Origin: Glaucostegus cemiculus
Taxonomy: Eukaryota
Direction: 5' to 3'
Assembly (NCBI GenBank): GCA_976551045.1
Contig: CDPCPM010000026.1
Span: 6,386,001-6,450,000 of the forward strand
DNA: 64,000 nucleotides
Numbering within the stretch: position 1 is the stretch's first letter; every line of letters begins with the position of its first letter. This document shows positions 40,501-53,645 of the stretch, piece after piece. The notes under the pieces were generated by a model, which made no database searches, was not told the origin of the DNA, and saw only the letters and a list, made by a program, of their open reading frames with translations. A program made the translations under genes and the position numbers.

Positions 40501-43139
40501 TATAAAGTACATTAGTATCATGTGACCTTGTCCTTTACATGTAACTGACTTTGCTGTATTTAAAAAAAAACATTAAGGGACAACAGAACTAGCTGCATTG
40601 TTATGAGTTTGCAATAAATTGATTTCTAAATGAAACACTGTTCACAGATTTTATCAGACCCCTGTCAAGACCTGTAGATTTCCATTTCATTGGATTTAAT
40701 GACTGTTGGAGAAGGTGTGCATTACAGCAAGATACTATCACATTTGTCAGCACGATCCTTTTATGTGTAATTCAATTAAAGTGTTATTCTCTAATTTCAT
40801 TATAGACTAAGCTGAGTGCTAATGCAAGTGACTACTTCTGCTACAGGTAGATAATGGTGCCCAATTTGATTACCTAATTAGAGTTTAGTGGTCTAACATG
40901 CATTTCATATCTTAATTCCCTGAATATTCTTTAATTTTGCATCCAGAACAATTCACTTTAATGGAGAAGGTCAAGATAGTACAAGTGTTACATTTTAGAA
41001 ACCAACATTATCCTATTAGAATATGCATCTAATAGCGTTAGAAGGATTCCATTAATGCTGAGTATAAATCTTTTTTCCACTAGATTTTCCGGTACTTGCT
41101 TTTGTAACAGTTGTGCGATTAGTACTAGCCACCACCATGGTGCATTTTAAATTATCTCTGAATAATATATTTTCTGGTTTCTTTTCTTGGCTTCGTGGGC
41201 AACTGAAATGTTTGGTTAAAATGAAAATATGTTTGAAAAATTGTTTGGTGCAGATTGTTGTGATAATCAAATAATATTCCATGGGATTCTTTCCTTCTTT
41301 AGAAAATTGTTTTCCAACTGAGTTATTAACAAGGTTTCCAAAGAAGGTAAAAGTGAGCTGTCCTCAATATACACTAGCTCTTTTTAAAAACTCAGTTTGC
41401 TGAAAGCTCATGTGTAGCTGGATTACAGTATATTGAAAAAATGTGTAAAGGGCATAGTTTGAGGATGTTTGATAAATAACACTTAATGAAAAATTGCTTG
41501 GTGAAATTCTATCAGTGGCACCAAATTGGTTAAAAGTGTTTCTCCTTAGAGTAAATGCTTGTACTTTTCCTTTGCTTGAATGTTAGGATTGAAATATAAT
41601 ATTGAAATCTGTTCTCAGTCTCTGACCTTTACTGAGAAAAGACATAGATGCACGCCTAACATTTATACCCTTGGTCCCCCATCTTTTCCATTGTGCTATT
41701 ATCTGGAAAGTGTGATTATTACTGCTCTTTCCACGGGAAAATATGCCTTGATTTCCATCGATCAGACTTAAATCAATGCTTTTAAAAAATCTTGGAACCT
41801 TTTACTTAAGAGCAAAAGCATGCATTTTATGTTTTGACATGGTTTTATTGATTGGGACCAGTATGGGAGAGCAGTGCACTGTTCCTAACTGTCTACTGCA
41901 CTTGCCCGACTCCCAGTGTCTAAAAGCACACTATTCATAATGGCTTTGCTCCGATCTCTCTCTTTCTGTCTCCCTCACTTGCCCTGTTTCTCCTTCTTGG
42001 TCACTGTTTCCTTCCAACCCACAGCATGATGCCTTTCTCATTTTTTTTAAATAATCAATACTGCACTGAAGCCTCCTGCTGTTCCCCGTCACTCATATTT
42101 GTTCCAGCCATAAATTATATATAGGCTGACCTCATCTGATATAAAATTTCTATTGCAGTTGTCAATTGTTGATCAATAGTTCCAAATGTCCATCCTCAAA
42201 GGCTCTCTTCGTCAGCTCTGAACATCAGATGCAAATATTTCCTTGAACTTAAGATAAGAGAAAAGAATGTTACATTACAAAAGAAGAAAAGTGTCAGCTT
42301 TAGGCAATGGTCACTTCTTTCGATTTCAATATGGAATTGACATGGATTCTAGAGCCATAGACATGATACAAAGCTTTAATCTTAGGTATTGGCCATTTAT
42401 ATCACTCAGAGTTGTGTATTCAGCCAATGCCCTTTTAAAAGATTGAACACAGCTCACCTGCAAACCTTTTCAACCTGAGGCACATCAGCTGCTTTATGTG
42501 AGGTCACGTTTGAACTTCCTTTCTGAGCTAATAGTGTCTGACATTTTGTTCAGCCTTAGAGTGCCTGCTGAAAAATTCAATCAAATTTCACTTCAGTAAA
42601 ATGTACAATATTTGTGGAATAGACATTTTTGTTTATATTTGAGTTATTTACTCATTTGATACTTAACATTCCATGCTTTGGTGTTCTGAGCAATACTTCT
42701 AATCTGTTACTGCATTGTTTTAATTTCATTTGGACAATAAGTATTGAGTTTCTAGCAGCAGTTTATATCTGGTGGTTTCTACTTTCATTAAGCAATCAAC
42801 AGTCATCCTCTAAATTATTACAAATGCCAATCATAATGCTGCATGGAAAATGCCAAACAAATTATTTAGTATGGAGGAAGTAGAAGTGTAAATTAAATTT
42901 ATTATTAGTTTATGCTAAACAAATATATTTTCCTCCCATAATGATGGTAAGCATTCTATGTGACTATATTATTCAATCTTCAATCAAAATGGCTGTGTAG
43001 GAATATGGAGTGTTGGGAAGACGTGTATATTGGTTAAAGAAGAGAAAAAGGATGTTAATAAAGGTAATCAATATTTATGTAACAGTGAATATAAATACAA
43101 GAATACATTTCTCTGTTTATTCCCTAATGAAATAGATTT

Positions 43140-43505
43140 GTTTTTTTTCATTTGCTCACAGATTGTGTCTGTTGCTGGCAATGCATTTACTAATTGCTGC
43201 TGAACTTTGAATATAGTTATAAGTCAGTCATAGTGATGGCTCTGGGATCACATATAGGTAAGAATAGCAGATTTCCCTCCCTGAGTAGCTTGATTAAACC
43301 AGTTAGGTTTTTATGAAAATCTGATAATTTTATAGTCAACTTAACTGAAGTATTTTGTTTTAATTCAAGATTTACTTAATTACTCAAATGTGAATTCTGC
43401 CTTTAGTGGAGCATGGCAGGGGGCAATGGGGAAGATGCAGATTTGAACTTGTATTTCCGAATCAGTGATCCAGATACCTGATTGCGAGCTAAAACACCAC
43501 AGCCC
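43140..43505 (-). mobile_element. Third SINE family (tRNA-like head, tail shared with the 27100-type LINE), decayed
   Basis: Poly-T, then CATTTGCTCACAGATTGTG...GCTGGC...GGTAAGAATAGCAGATTTCCCTCCCTGA...AACCAGTTAGGTTTTTATGAAAATC...GATTTGAACTT. Confidence 0.55.
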
Positions 43506-44044
43506 CGAGAGGGTGGAGGCAGGGTAGCACAAATTATTGATGCAAAATTATTGCATTGTTGTAACTTGTTCAGAAAGAAAAGTGTTGCGTTATATTATGC
43601 TTTCTGATATGCCTTAAAGACCTTAAAGCTACTTTAAAGTGCAGTCACTGTTACAAAGCAAGCACAACATCCATTTTTAAACACAGAAAAATCCACAAAT
43701 AACCATAGGAGGCTTCAAAAATAATCCAGTGCAAATAACCTTATACAAATGCCATATTACCAGATGTTAAGCATCAGGAATTTATAAAGCATAAGCTTAA
43801 TGACACCGAACCTTTAATTTGTGAGTGCCTCTGTTATCAGTCTGCCTCACTGAGTCAAATATTGAAGGTTTAAATATTACTTCAGAACTTGTGAACATTG
43901 TCCAGGGTAATATTTTGGTTTTTAAGGAAACATTGTATTATTGGAGGTCTCATCCATTGAGGGTGATAATAAATCAAAGTTTCACCCATTTGTTCTAATT
44001 ATGTTACAGGAGAAAATTGTATTAAATCAGTTCTACGACTAATA

Positions 44045-44150
44045 CATGGAAGCCACCAGACGCAAAGGTTGTGCATCCCAAACAACTCAGAAGCATTGAA
44101 GAGGAAATAGAATCACCAACAATGATTTTCCAAAATATTTGGATATGCTT
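44045..44150 (+). mobile_element. Small CR1 RT N-terminal relic
   Basis: Translates WKPPDAKVVHPKQLRSIEEEIESPTMIFQNI, comparable to the CR1 motif KSPGPDGIHPRVLKELAEEI..PL.IIFQ.S. Confidence 0.55.
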
Positions 44151-46175
44151 TTGTAAAAATTAGAAACAGACATTTGCAGTATTCTCTAAATCTCCTCTGG
44201 ATAGCCCAATGCATTTCTCAGACAAGTGAGCACTTCTCCCAGTTTCATCACTATTGTAAGATAGTTGAAATGGCAACCATCTTTTTTTTCATCCAGCAAT
44301 TCCCATAATCAACTGTGATAATGGGATACTTCACAGAAAATGCTTGAAACACTCAATAAGTCAGGCAGCTTAATACTTTAAAAGATTTGAGCTTCTTGCC
44401 TCTGCAGCCTGTTTTGGTAAGCTAGTTCAGCTTGTTTTGATAACCAGAAATTACAGAATATTAAAATCTCAAGGCTGGAAGAAAACAGATCCATTTGGCC
44501 TGCCTTCCTCGTGTCTAGCACTGATTTTCTTGTGAGCCATAAGAATGTTGGATGATGATGTGGCATCTTTGCTCCTGAACACAGCATTAAGACTCTTCAT
44601 CGCCTCCAGCTGGATTAGATGTGCAAGCATCCTGTTAGGAAAGAACCCAGATGTACCAAGGACAGCAAGTCCTTCACAGCTGTCAAACAGAACTCTATGT
44701 AATACTGCACTCTGATACTTCCACACTGATTACATTTTCAACACGCCCACATATGAGTTTAGTAGGATTGGGACAAGGGATAGATAGCCAAAATTATCTC
44801 AAAAGGCGGTTGCATAGTTAGACATTACAATGAGACTAGATATTTGACCAGCATCCCATGTTCAGCTCTGGGTAGCTGCCCTTCAGAAGACCAGGCAGCT
44901 TGAGGTAGGTGAGCATTTAAATAACGCCTTTCCTAACCACAGGACGTCCCAAACCAGTTTCAAGCCAATCAAGTGTTGTACGTCTGAGACATGATCCCTG
45001 CTGTAATTCAGGATTACTTAAAGGAGCAGACTGTGGAGAGAGAAGAAAGTCAACAACATTTACCAGACCTAACAATTGTGCCAAAAATGCCAGGGTCCTC
45101 CTGTTCAGACAACTGATGGGCAGAGATGTAAATCAGGAAAGCTGCACATGTTGGAGGTCTGAAATACAATCATAAAATGCTAGAAACACTCAGAAGGTCA
45201 GGCAGCTTGGAAGGAGAATCAAAGTTAAGGTTTCAAGCTGAACACCCTTCTTCAGTTCAGAATTTTGATCATTAATACTGCCTAATCTGCTTCCAGAATT
45301 TTCCGTTTAATTTTTCAGACAAGTGGAGATGTATAGCATAGAATTACATAGAATAATGAGGAATATATGGAAAGCACAGAGGCAGGCCATTCAGCCTACA
45401 AATCTATGCCATGATTGAATGTTCCACTTAGCCTACTCCCAATGTTTCCATCCAGCTCTATCAGTAGAACAAATCTATTCCTGTAATGCATTTCTCTGTG
45501 GATGAGTCTTGAGCCCATTGGATAGGAGAGTCATGATGTAACAATGTAATATTCTGATTGGAATATTTAATCTGTGGTAGGATGCTGTGTGCTTAGGTTA
45601 AGTGTTCTGCAACTAAACTACTGTCTTTTTAGGTGTATGTATATGTTCCTTAATGCATTTGTGAAGAACTATGAATTGGCAACACGACTGAGATCTCAGA
45701 TAGCTTTTCTTCAGGATTGTTAAAGGTGTTGACGACTCTTGCTTGGTAATTTTTAAAGATTGAAGCACTTTAGCTAATTTTTCACCATGCTTTCCCGAAA
45801 CCTCTTGCATGGAATCTCAATTGGACAACTGTGAGCACATTGTTTCATTCAAGAACTTAGCCTTGCACAGCAATTTTGGTGCAATTTTAGATTGTGCTTC
45901 ATGTAATGGGTTTATGGGTGAAACAAATTCAGTCAAAACTGTTGAGCAGACAAAACCTGACATTCAAACATGTACATAAAATTAATGCATTGATGGCAAT
46001 AGTTTCAAAGAATCCTGGAGAATTTCTTCCAGCTCAGGCCACTGGTTTAGCTGCAGTTCACAGTTAGCAAGCCTCAGCAAAACTCTAGTATATGGAACAG
46101 AGTCTGAGGTACAGCAGTGAAGCCAGTTCAGTCAGTTGCTTTCATTTGAACAGCCATCATTCACAACAATCTTGG

Positions 46176-46215
46176 AGGCACAAGAAACTACAGATTCTGT
46201 AATCTAGAGCAAAAA

Positions 46216-46252
<37 letters not shown>

Positions 46253-46505
46253 GCACTCGTCCATCTGTATCTTAGATAGCTCTGCAAGCAGTATGTCACC
46301 TGCACAACCTTGGTCTCCACCTTATCACAGCTAGTCCCTTTGCTTTCTCTACTCCTCCCCCTCTCTGCAATTTTAAACACACTTGTTTTCTGACTTTTCC
46401 AGTTCTGTTGAAAGATCATTAACCTGAAACAATAACTCTGTTTCTCTCTCTCCACAGATGCTGTGTGACCTGTTGAGTGTTCCCAGTACTGTTTGTTTTC
46501 ATTTT
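46176..46505. mobile_element. Penelope terminal repeats in inverted arrangement around a (CT)n microsatellite
   Basis: GGCACAAGAAACTACAGATTCTGTAATCTAGAGCAAAA (minus terminus) and CAGTTCTGTTGAAAGATCATTAACCTGAAACAATAACTCTG...GATGCTGTGTGACCTGTTGAG (plus). Confidence 0.7.
46219..46249. repeat. (CT)n microsatellite
   Basis: Perfect CT run of about 15 units. Confidence 0.95.
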
Positions 46506-46529
46506 GTGTAAAGAGTTTGACTAACAGCC

Positions 46530-48560
46530 ATGTGGTGCACAGTGCAACATTGCAAACAGCAGTCAAGCTAGCCATTGTTGTAACAGACAATGAAAATGAG
46601 CCAATTTTAATGGGGTAGGACTGGCTCAAACAACTCCAGCATAATTGGATTATGTTTTCAGTGCTGACTCAGGACTTGACATATTGTTGGAAGGATATGG
46701 TGATCTGTTGAAAGGCAGCTTTACTTGAATAATTGGGTACAAAGTGTATATTTGCATCAGACATAGCAATGTAAATCTACTGCAAGCTCAGACTAATCCT
46801 TTTTGTTCCAAAGAGTCATATTGAGAAGGAGCTGGATAAGTAAGAACAAAATGATGTGCTTGGGAAACGAGGCCAATGGGCAGTTGTATGCAATACAAAC
46901 AAAACTATGTGGCTACGGGGGCACTACAAAGTCAGATTAAATCGTGCTATAGGTGATGAACAACATCCACTATCCACATTGCAAGAACTGTAAGCAGAGT
47001 CAAAGGTATTCCCAAAATTGGACCTCTCCCATGTCTATAGATGATTGAATGTTAACAAAGAAAGCAATAAACATGCACAAAGAGTTCCATTCATACACAA
47101 GAAGTCAAGCCTTTGCCTTATATTTTCCAAGCCATGATAGACAAAATCTTGCAAGAAGGAGATAATTGCTTATGCAACTAAGATGATCTGTTGATTGCCA
47201 TGAGTACAGAAGAAGAAAATCTGCTTTTGGCAGAGATTATATGACTGTAGACAACAGTAGACCGAAGACCCATACTCCAGAACTGGCTGGGGTCATCAAG
47301 AGAACAAAGATGATCAATTCTTCTATTGCAGAGCGAGCACACAAGCAAGCTTAGGAGTCCTAAACCATAAGCTCTGTACAGATGCTCTGTAGCAAATACT
47401 ACATGAAAATTCTAACGTTGGAAGTGAAAATGGAATTTAAACATTAAATGCCAATGTCCACAGACATTGAACAGAACTTGATGTATAGATAACGAACAAT
47501 CATTCCACAATCATCACACCGTGACGTTATGTCAGCAAAGGTATATCGCATGGGCTTAAAGAGTGTTAATATCCATTAGTTGGAGAAGGAGCACTTTGGT
47601 AATTTGTAGAAGGAGGACCTTGGTCAACCTTCATGCTGAAATATGTAGGAACAGTCAATCTGAAAGTAATTGCATGAAGCTTTTGGAGGATTAAGTTCAT
47701 CATTTCTACGTCAAGTTCTGTTCAATGTCTTTTTATTGGCCTGGTTTGGAGAGTGACCTTCAGTCATGGATAAGCAAAATCAGTATCTATGAAAGTTGTA
47801 GAAGGAAGTCACCAAAAGCATATTTTCCATCATGTGCTTCTGGGTATTTTCATAGAGTACATGTGGACATTTGTGAGAAAGGGAATGACTATTTTCTGGT
47901 GTCGATCATGAGGCACTCAAAGTGGATTAAAGTGAAATGCACACCATGTTCATATAGTACCTCTGACCATTGTATAGATGAGTTGAGATCTACATGTGCA
48001 ACCTGTGACTTACCTGAAGTGTTCACTTCTGGCCATGGTCTTCACTTTCAATCTGCTCTATTCACAAGTTTCTTAACATGGATTGGTATCAAGCATACTC
48101 TCATTCCTTCACATCATCCAGCTTCAGACAGAAAGTCAGTCAGAATAGTTAAAGGAACTCTCCAGAAGCAAGTGCTGCAGGGATATTCAAAACAGCATAA
48201 AACATCATTTGGCTAATATCTTGTTGAAGTACAGAAGATCTCCACCCACTCCCACTCCCACATATTATACACCTGCAGAACTCTTCACAAAGAAAAGTTT
48301 GAGACCATGCTTGGGGCACATTCAACCAATTTTACCTTCTGTAGTTGACAGTCGAGCCAAAGATCCCATTATGGCGTTAACTGGAATGAATTGAGGCTTC
48401 AAGGATAATGAACGTAGTTCTTAGCCCACCTACCAAGGCACACAAGTGGGTGGTAGGAATAGTTCTAAAGTTTGTGGAACCTAGGGATAATTGATTTTAA
48501 TTGGTGACAAGATCCAAAGTGTTCATGTATATCAAATGGTTTCTGCAGGAGACGTACAAG
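46530..48560 (+). mobile_element. Gypsy/Ty3 (Mag-like) LTR-retrotransposon pol relic: protease end, RT and integrase
   Basis: PILMG*DWLKQLQHNW (protease C-terminus); LRGHYKVRLNRAI..EQHPL...KVFPKLDLSHVY and IFQAMIDKILQ...N*DDLLI (RT); YWPGLESDL...RVHVD...HSKWIKV...LPEVFTSGHGLHFQS...GIKHTLIPSHHPAS (integrase, 47725-48216); KWVVGIV...HVYQM at the C-terminus. Many stops, an internal deletion, and no LTRs found. Confidence 0.9.
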
Positions 48561-48879
48561 TCTGGGTGGTGAAATACCTGATGATGAAGGTGCATTTGAG
48601 CTGGATCCAGAGTGCGGACATCAGGAAGTGAAGTATTAAATCCAAGCAGATCTAACAAAGAAACAGAACCTTAACTGAGTTCAAATTCAGAACTGTACAT
48701 TCTAACACCATACCTATGTATGTTCCATAATCTAGTTACTTCACTAGATTTATATTTGTTGTTCATTTAAAAGAAAAGAAGTTTTAATTATGTTAAAAAT
48801 GTGTATATTAGTAAGTTACTTCTACCTTATGGTTGAAAGGATAAAAGGAGTTCAGATAAAAACATTATTTTTTCAAAAG

Positions 48880-49383
48880 AGTATTGGGATGCAATGTGGA
48901 AATACTATAAAGAAACTACATTTGATAACCTGACCACAGCTGAGGTGTGGGGAGATGAGACTTGGTTTCCAGACGCTTTGGAAGATTACCTGAAAGCTGC
49001 AGGTTGGCTCGCAATAGTTGATGCCAGACACATGATGCTGGGATATTGCAGCGAGTATGCAAACAGGATTGGTTGCAAGTGCAGCTACAAGCCTGTAGTA
49101 AATTTGTGCTGAGGCATGAGTCTCAGGGTAGAGGCACTGTGGCTTTCTTTGTCTGCTTATGTTATTTATTGGATTTAACTGAGAAATTAAAGGAGTAAGC
49201 ATATGTGACTCAAAAGTGGCTAACCCCAGATGAGGCGAAGGATGTTTGACCACTAAGGGGCAGACAGATTCAACGAATTGTTTGAAGCAGTCAGCAATAC
49301 AAGTAACAACTGATTCCTCATTTAGAAAATTGGGTGAAAAGGGCCCTATGGATTTGGGAACAGTGTGAGAAACAGACCTCATG
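48880..49383 (+). pseudogene. Protein-like frameshifted relic, possibly a retroelement/ERV gag N-terminus
   Basis: EYWDAMWKYYKETTFDNLTTAEVWGDETWFPDALEDYLKAAGW, then after a frameshift near 49030 DAGILQRVCKQDWLQVQLQACSKFVLRHESQGRGTVAFFVCLCYLLDLTEKLKE*AYVTQKWLTPDEAKDV...LENWVKRALWIWEQCEKQ. The gag assignment is from memory only. Confidence 0.35.
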
Positions 49384-49719
49384 AACTTAAGGGGAGTGCA
49401 TGCATGTATACCACTGTTGCTTTTGACATTACAGTCCCCTCTTCCCACCTATTAATATATCTTTAAATATATCTGTATTACTCTCTGCAACTGTGATTGA
49501 GAAGCACAGCATCTACACCAGAAACTGGTGTTGATATTTAGAATGTGCTAAGAGGGTCTTATAAAATAATACATAAATGGTTTGAGTCTCTCTCTGCAAA
49601 ACTATGTTTTGCCAAGGAGTGAGCTGGGAACATGCTCAGGAGTACCAGGCCTATCTGTTAGACTGTGACCAACAAAGCAAAGCCTGTTTGCCTGAATCAG
49701 GAGACAGAAGAGGGGTGTG

Positions 49720-50700
49720 GTTGCTGTGGGTTTCATTACCACCCTCTCCTATCAACAGCAGAACCAACCACTCCCAACAATACAATTACTGCTCCACCTG
49801 CCACAGCCACCACTGCCACATCACCCTTCTCTTCATCCCTAATTTCCACTGTTTTCACCTTCCTGATCACATCTGCTTATTCCCAGTCTCCACCACTTCC
49901 ACCCCAGCCACCACCGAAACATTCTCAGGTTTGCCGCCATTACCTCTGCCCCAATCACCACTGTGCTTCCCTACAAACACCACCAATCCTCCCCGCATCG
50001 CCACAACTAGCCCTCGATCCTCATCGCCTCCTCTCCCCAGTTAGCACTGCCTCTCCCTAATCTGCACCACATCCCCATTGACTCACCCCAGTCACCACCA
50101 TTAGACCCCCACCCCCCCTCCCCCGATCACCATCACTGGTGTCAGAAGCTCACAGCGATCACCACCACCAGTTTTGTGATTACCACCACTACCTCAGACT
50201 ACCGCAGGCACCTTCCTCTGATCACCATCTCCAGTTTCTTAATCACCACTAGTAGCCCCCACAATTGCCACAGGCTCCTCCCTCTGATAGCCCCGATCAT
50301 CAGAGGCACCTCCCTCTGATCACCACCTCAACCTCTTGTTCATCACCGATCACCAAAGGTACCTTCCTTTACTCATCACCCCTAACTGCTTGGTCACTGC
50401 CACCCTCCCAGTCATCACAAGGCCCTCCCTCAGATCACCACTAATGGCACCTCTATCATCACTGCTACCCGGCATTACTGACATTATCACCCAGTCGCCA
50501 GGACCACTGTCTCATTCACCTATCCCTTATCACTGCCACGCTAGGACATCACCTCCTCTGACAACCACAACCCCTGGTCTCTGCCTGTGTCTCCCCTTCC
50601 CCGCACTGTCCCCCCTACCTCTCTACCCATCATTGCCTCTACTTCCCTCCCTCCGACTGCTGCTTTTATCTTCTCCCCCTCACTGCTATATCATTAAAGC
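49720..50700. repeat. C-rich degenerate tandem/low-complexity array
   Basis: Recurrent unit close to GGCACCTCCCTCTGATCACCAC (e.g. ~50206, ~50273, ~50304, ~50358, ~50421) plus many ATCACCAC/CCACC motifs; strongly G-poor on the plus strand. Confidence 0.8.
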
Positions 50701-52039
50701 TACAACCTTCTTGTCAGTTACACCCACAATTGCCCTCCACTGTGCTTCCACCTTCATGTCCAAAGGCCATCACAACCATCAGTCTTCACTCCTGCCTCAC
50801 TCCAAAGCCGTTCTTATATTCCATAAGTCCACTTGGACCAATGTCGGAAACCTAATGCCGAGTGCAACACAGACACCATTGTTTAGGTACAGGGATTGAC
50901 TTGCCCCAAAAATTTGTCAGTCACAGTCTTGAGATGTAAAATTTGGCCATATCTGTATGCAAATATCTTAGACTCTGAATGACACACCAGCTGCTGATGG
51001 TCTTTCCTACAGTAATGACCTATAATGTATCCCAACCTCAACCTCAGAAAGAAAATTAATTACTAAATCAATAGGATATTTTTATGCTTATTGTCTCTGC
51101 ATGCATTGGATGATCTGTTCCTAACCTTGGAGTTTGCTTGAATGTGAGTTAAAGGCAAGCCAGATAATAGCTCAGTTTGTCAGGAAAGGGATGAAATTGT
51201 GGATGCTGAAATTGGCAAAAATTACTCCCATCAACATCGCAAATAACACTGTAGTAATTACTTTGGTCTATTTGGGGTCCTCATTTCTTCTGCCTATATA
51301 ATTTATACCTCCCACTAGAATTATTCCAATGTGCACACATCTCATTTATGTTCTCCATGCATATTTAGTTGTCAATGTTGTACAGTGCATTTATTGCTGT
51401 CTCAGACAAATCATTTGTGATTTTATACATTTGGCTTTTGTGGAAAGGGAGACTCAGCCCAACCAGACTGCTCTATAGAAATTATCCAATCAAATCCTTA
51501 GCAATTCTCATGAATAATATTCCTCATAACTCTCCCAATTCCAGCTGTAATAAGCAAGCCTCCAAAATATTTATCTAGCCCTCCCTATATATACAGAGTC
51601 CATTGCATGCCATACATTGGACAATAAAGAGGAGGCCAGTCACCCCTTTAAATGTGTTCTGACACTCTACTGGATCACAAGGAACATGTGCCTTGATTTC
51701 ATTGATCTGTCTTTTCTCTGTATGCCTCTATACTCCTAATTAACCAGGGACTTAACCTGCCATTCCAAAAAATGGTCTAAGTTACATTCCTGGAAACACT
51801 TCGGGTTCCGATTGTTGTAGTTCTTAAACCAGAATAGTAAGAATGTGAATATTGAATAACTTATTGCTAAAAAAAATCTGATAGGAAAGGATACTTACTT
51901 ATTGCATTGATCAGTTACACAATGCTTAAAGTACTAAATTTATATTAATCCATTTGCAGTCTCCTCAGGAGATCCTCTCAACTACTCAGTTTGCACATAA
52001 ACTGCTTTTTATGATGTTTATAGATTATTTCATAATGAA

Positions 52040-52356
52040 CTGTGAAAAGCCAAATGTTATTTCACCATCTCCAGTGCAAATGCATCTTCCTCTAGTTGTA
52101 GCAACCAGAACTGTACACAGTACTTCACCTGTGGCCGTAACCTCCCTGCTCTTATAGTCTATGCCTTGGCTGATGAAGGTATTCTTAATTATCTTATCTA
52201 CCTGTGCTCCCACCTTCTTGGATCCTTGGACATGTACACCAAGATTCCTCCATTCCTGAACACTGCTGAGAGCCCTACCATTCTTTATGTCTGTCCCAGC
52301 CTTATTTGTCCTCCCAAAATGCATCACCTCACACTTATCAGGATTAAATTCATCTC
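52040..52356 (-). mobile_element. CR1 LINE RT C-terminal relic
   Basis: MHFGRTNKAGTDIKNGRALSSVQEWRNLGVHVQGSKKVGAQVDKIIK...FISQGIDYKSREV. Confidence 0.88.
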
Positions 52357-52506
52357 AAGAAAGGCACGTTAAATTGATTACACATAGGGATCCTCCCCCT
52401 GCAATGTAGAGACCTGCCTAGGCTATTAACAGATAAGTCCATAATTCCACTGTACCCAAGTGAAGGCTGAAGCACAACCTTCATGATCATTCTTGAGCCT
52501 CTCAAC

Positions 52507-52763
52507 TTATTTTAAAAATATATTTTTTATTTACAGCGTGGTAACAGGCCCTTTCGGCCCTCCGAGTCCACGCCGCCCATTTTAAACCCCCAAATTAACC
52601 TACCTGTACGTCTTTCAGAATGTGGGAGGAAACTGGAGCACCCGGAGGAAACCCACACAGACACGGGAGAACGTACAAACTCCTTACAGTCAGCGACGGG
52701 AATCGAACCCCGATCACTGGCGCTGTAACAGCGTCGTGCTAACCGCTGCACTATCGTGCTACC
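52507..52763 (-). mobile_element. V-SINE subfamily B, young
   Basis: Reverse complement is nearly identical to 34083-34332 (shared NVGGNWSTRRKPTQTRENVQTPYSQ shadow translation); CpGs retained. Confidence 0.93.
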
Positions 52764-53474
52764 CTATTCCTTTCGCTCAACAGGTTAATTATAAACGTTG
52801 GGTTAAAACACAGAGTTACACTCAGTGTTTCCATTGTAGATCCAGCCTGAAGTAGTTCATAGATTTCAATGAGTTTTATTTACTTTTGCAATAAGTAATT
52901 TCCTCTATTAATGACAGCCCTGGAGCCACAGATTCCACATACAATTGTCACTCATTTGTATGTTTTACTGTTTGCATCAGTTCTTCTTTGGAACAATTTC
53001 TTACTTAGCTCATGAGGCTACACTTTCAATTACTAACACCAGCATGCCACAATTAAAGTTGGACTTAAAGATTTGAACATTCTAAAGGGAGTCAGAATTT
53101 GTGTTAAAAATAGAATTTTCACTGCAAATATCAGTATAAAGATAAAACAAGTTGGGATATTCAGAGAGTCAGCAAATATTTAAATCTGTAATTAGCCATA
53201 TAACTTAACAGGACAATGGACAAATATAATTGATCTGCCATTTGTGAATGTGCTTTCAGCTGTTAAGAAACAAAGAATGTGGAAGACACCTTCCACCCCA
53301 AAGCATTTTTGTGTTCCTCTCTTTCCTCCTTAAAATGCTACTTTACCACTCTCTGACACACTTTGGTCGGCTGTCTAAATATCATTTTGCATAGTTCAAT
53401 GTCAAATGTTGTTTGATTATAATCTTTGAAAAAATTTGGAGTGTTCTGCATTGTCAAAGTACCATATAAATATA

Positions 53475-53645
53475 TTGGAAAAACTCATCAGGTCAGGCTG
53501 CAACTGTTGAAAAGAAAGCAGAGTTAACATTTCAGGTCAAAAATCCCACATTAGGGCTTCAACACGAAACATTACATGATCTGCTGAGGGTCTCCAGAAT
53601 TTTCTTTCATTTAGTATTTCAGATTTCAAGTATCTGCATTTTTTG
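53475..53645. mobile_element. Older fold-back Penelope terminal element
   Basis: GGAAAAACTCATCAGGTCAGGCTGCAAC...GAGTTAACATTTCAGGTC opposite GGGCTTCAACACGAAACATTA...GATCTGCTGAG...TTTCAGATTTCAAGTATCTGCA. Confidence 0.6.

Noticed and set aside
41128-41275. Strong Kozak context GCCACCACCATGG with a globin-like MVH start
   Set aside because: The frame is only about 45 codons with no globin similarity and no supporting promoter or splice structure.
41850-41920. Partial hairpin with a miR-92-like 3' arm (TACTGCACTTGCCCG)
   Set aside because: The seed differs from AUUGCAC and pairing between the arms is too interrupted for a pre-miRNA.
49107-49178. TGC-TGA-GGC (C-U-G) read as selenocysteine read-through
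   Set aside because: No SECIS-like element was recognised downstream and the peptide resembles no selenoprotein family I know; a decayed retroelement ORF is the simpler explanation.
49604-50899. Long Pro/Thr/Ser/Leu-rich ORFs (146, 131 and 187 aa) as a mucin-like gene
   Set aside because: They are explained by the C-rich composition, which suppresses stop codons; they overlap in different frames and have no coherent repeat peptide.
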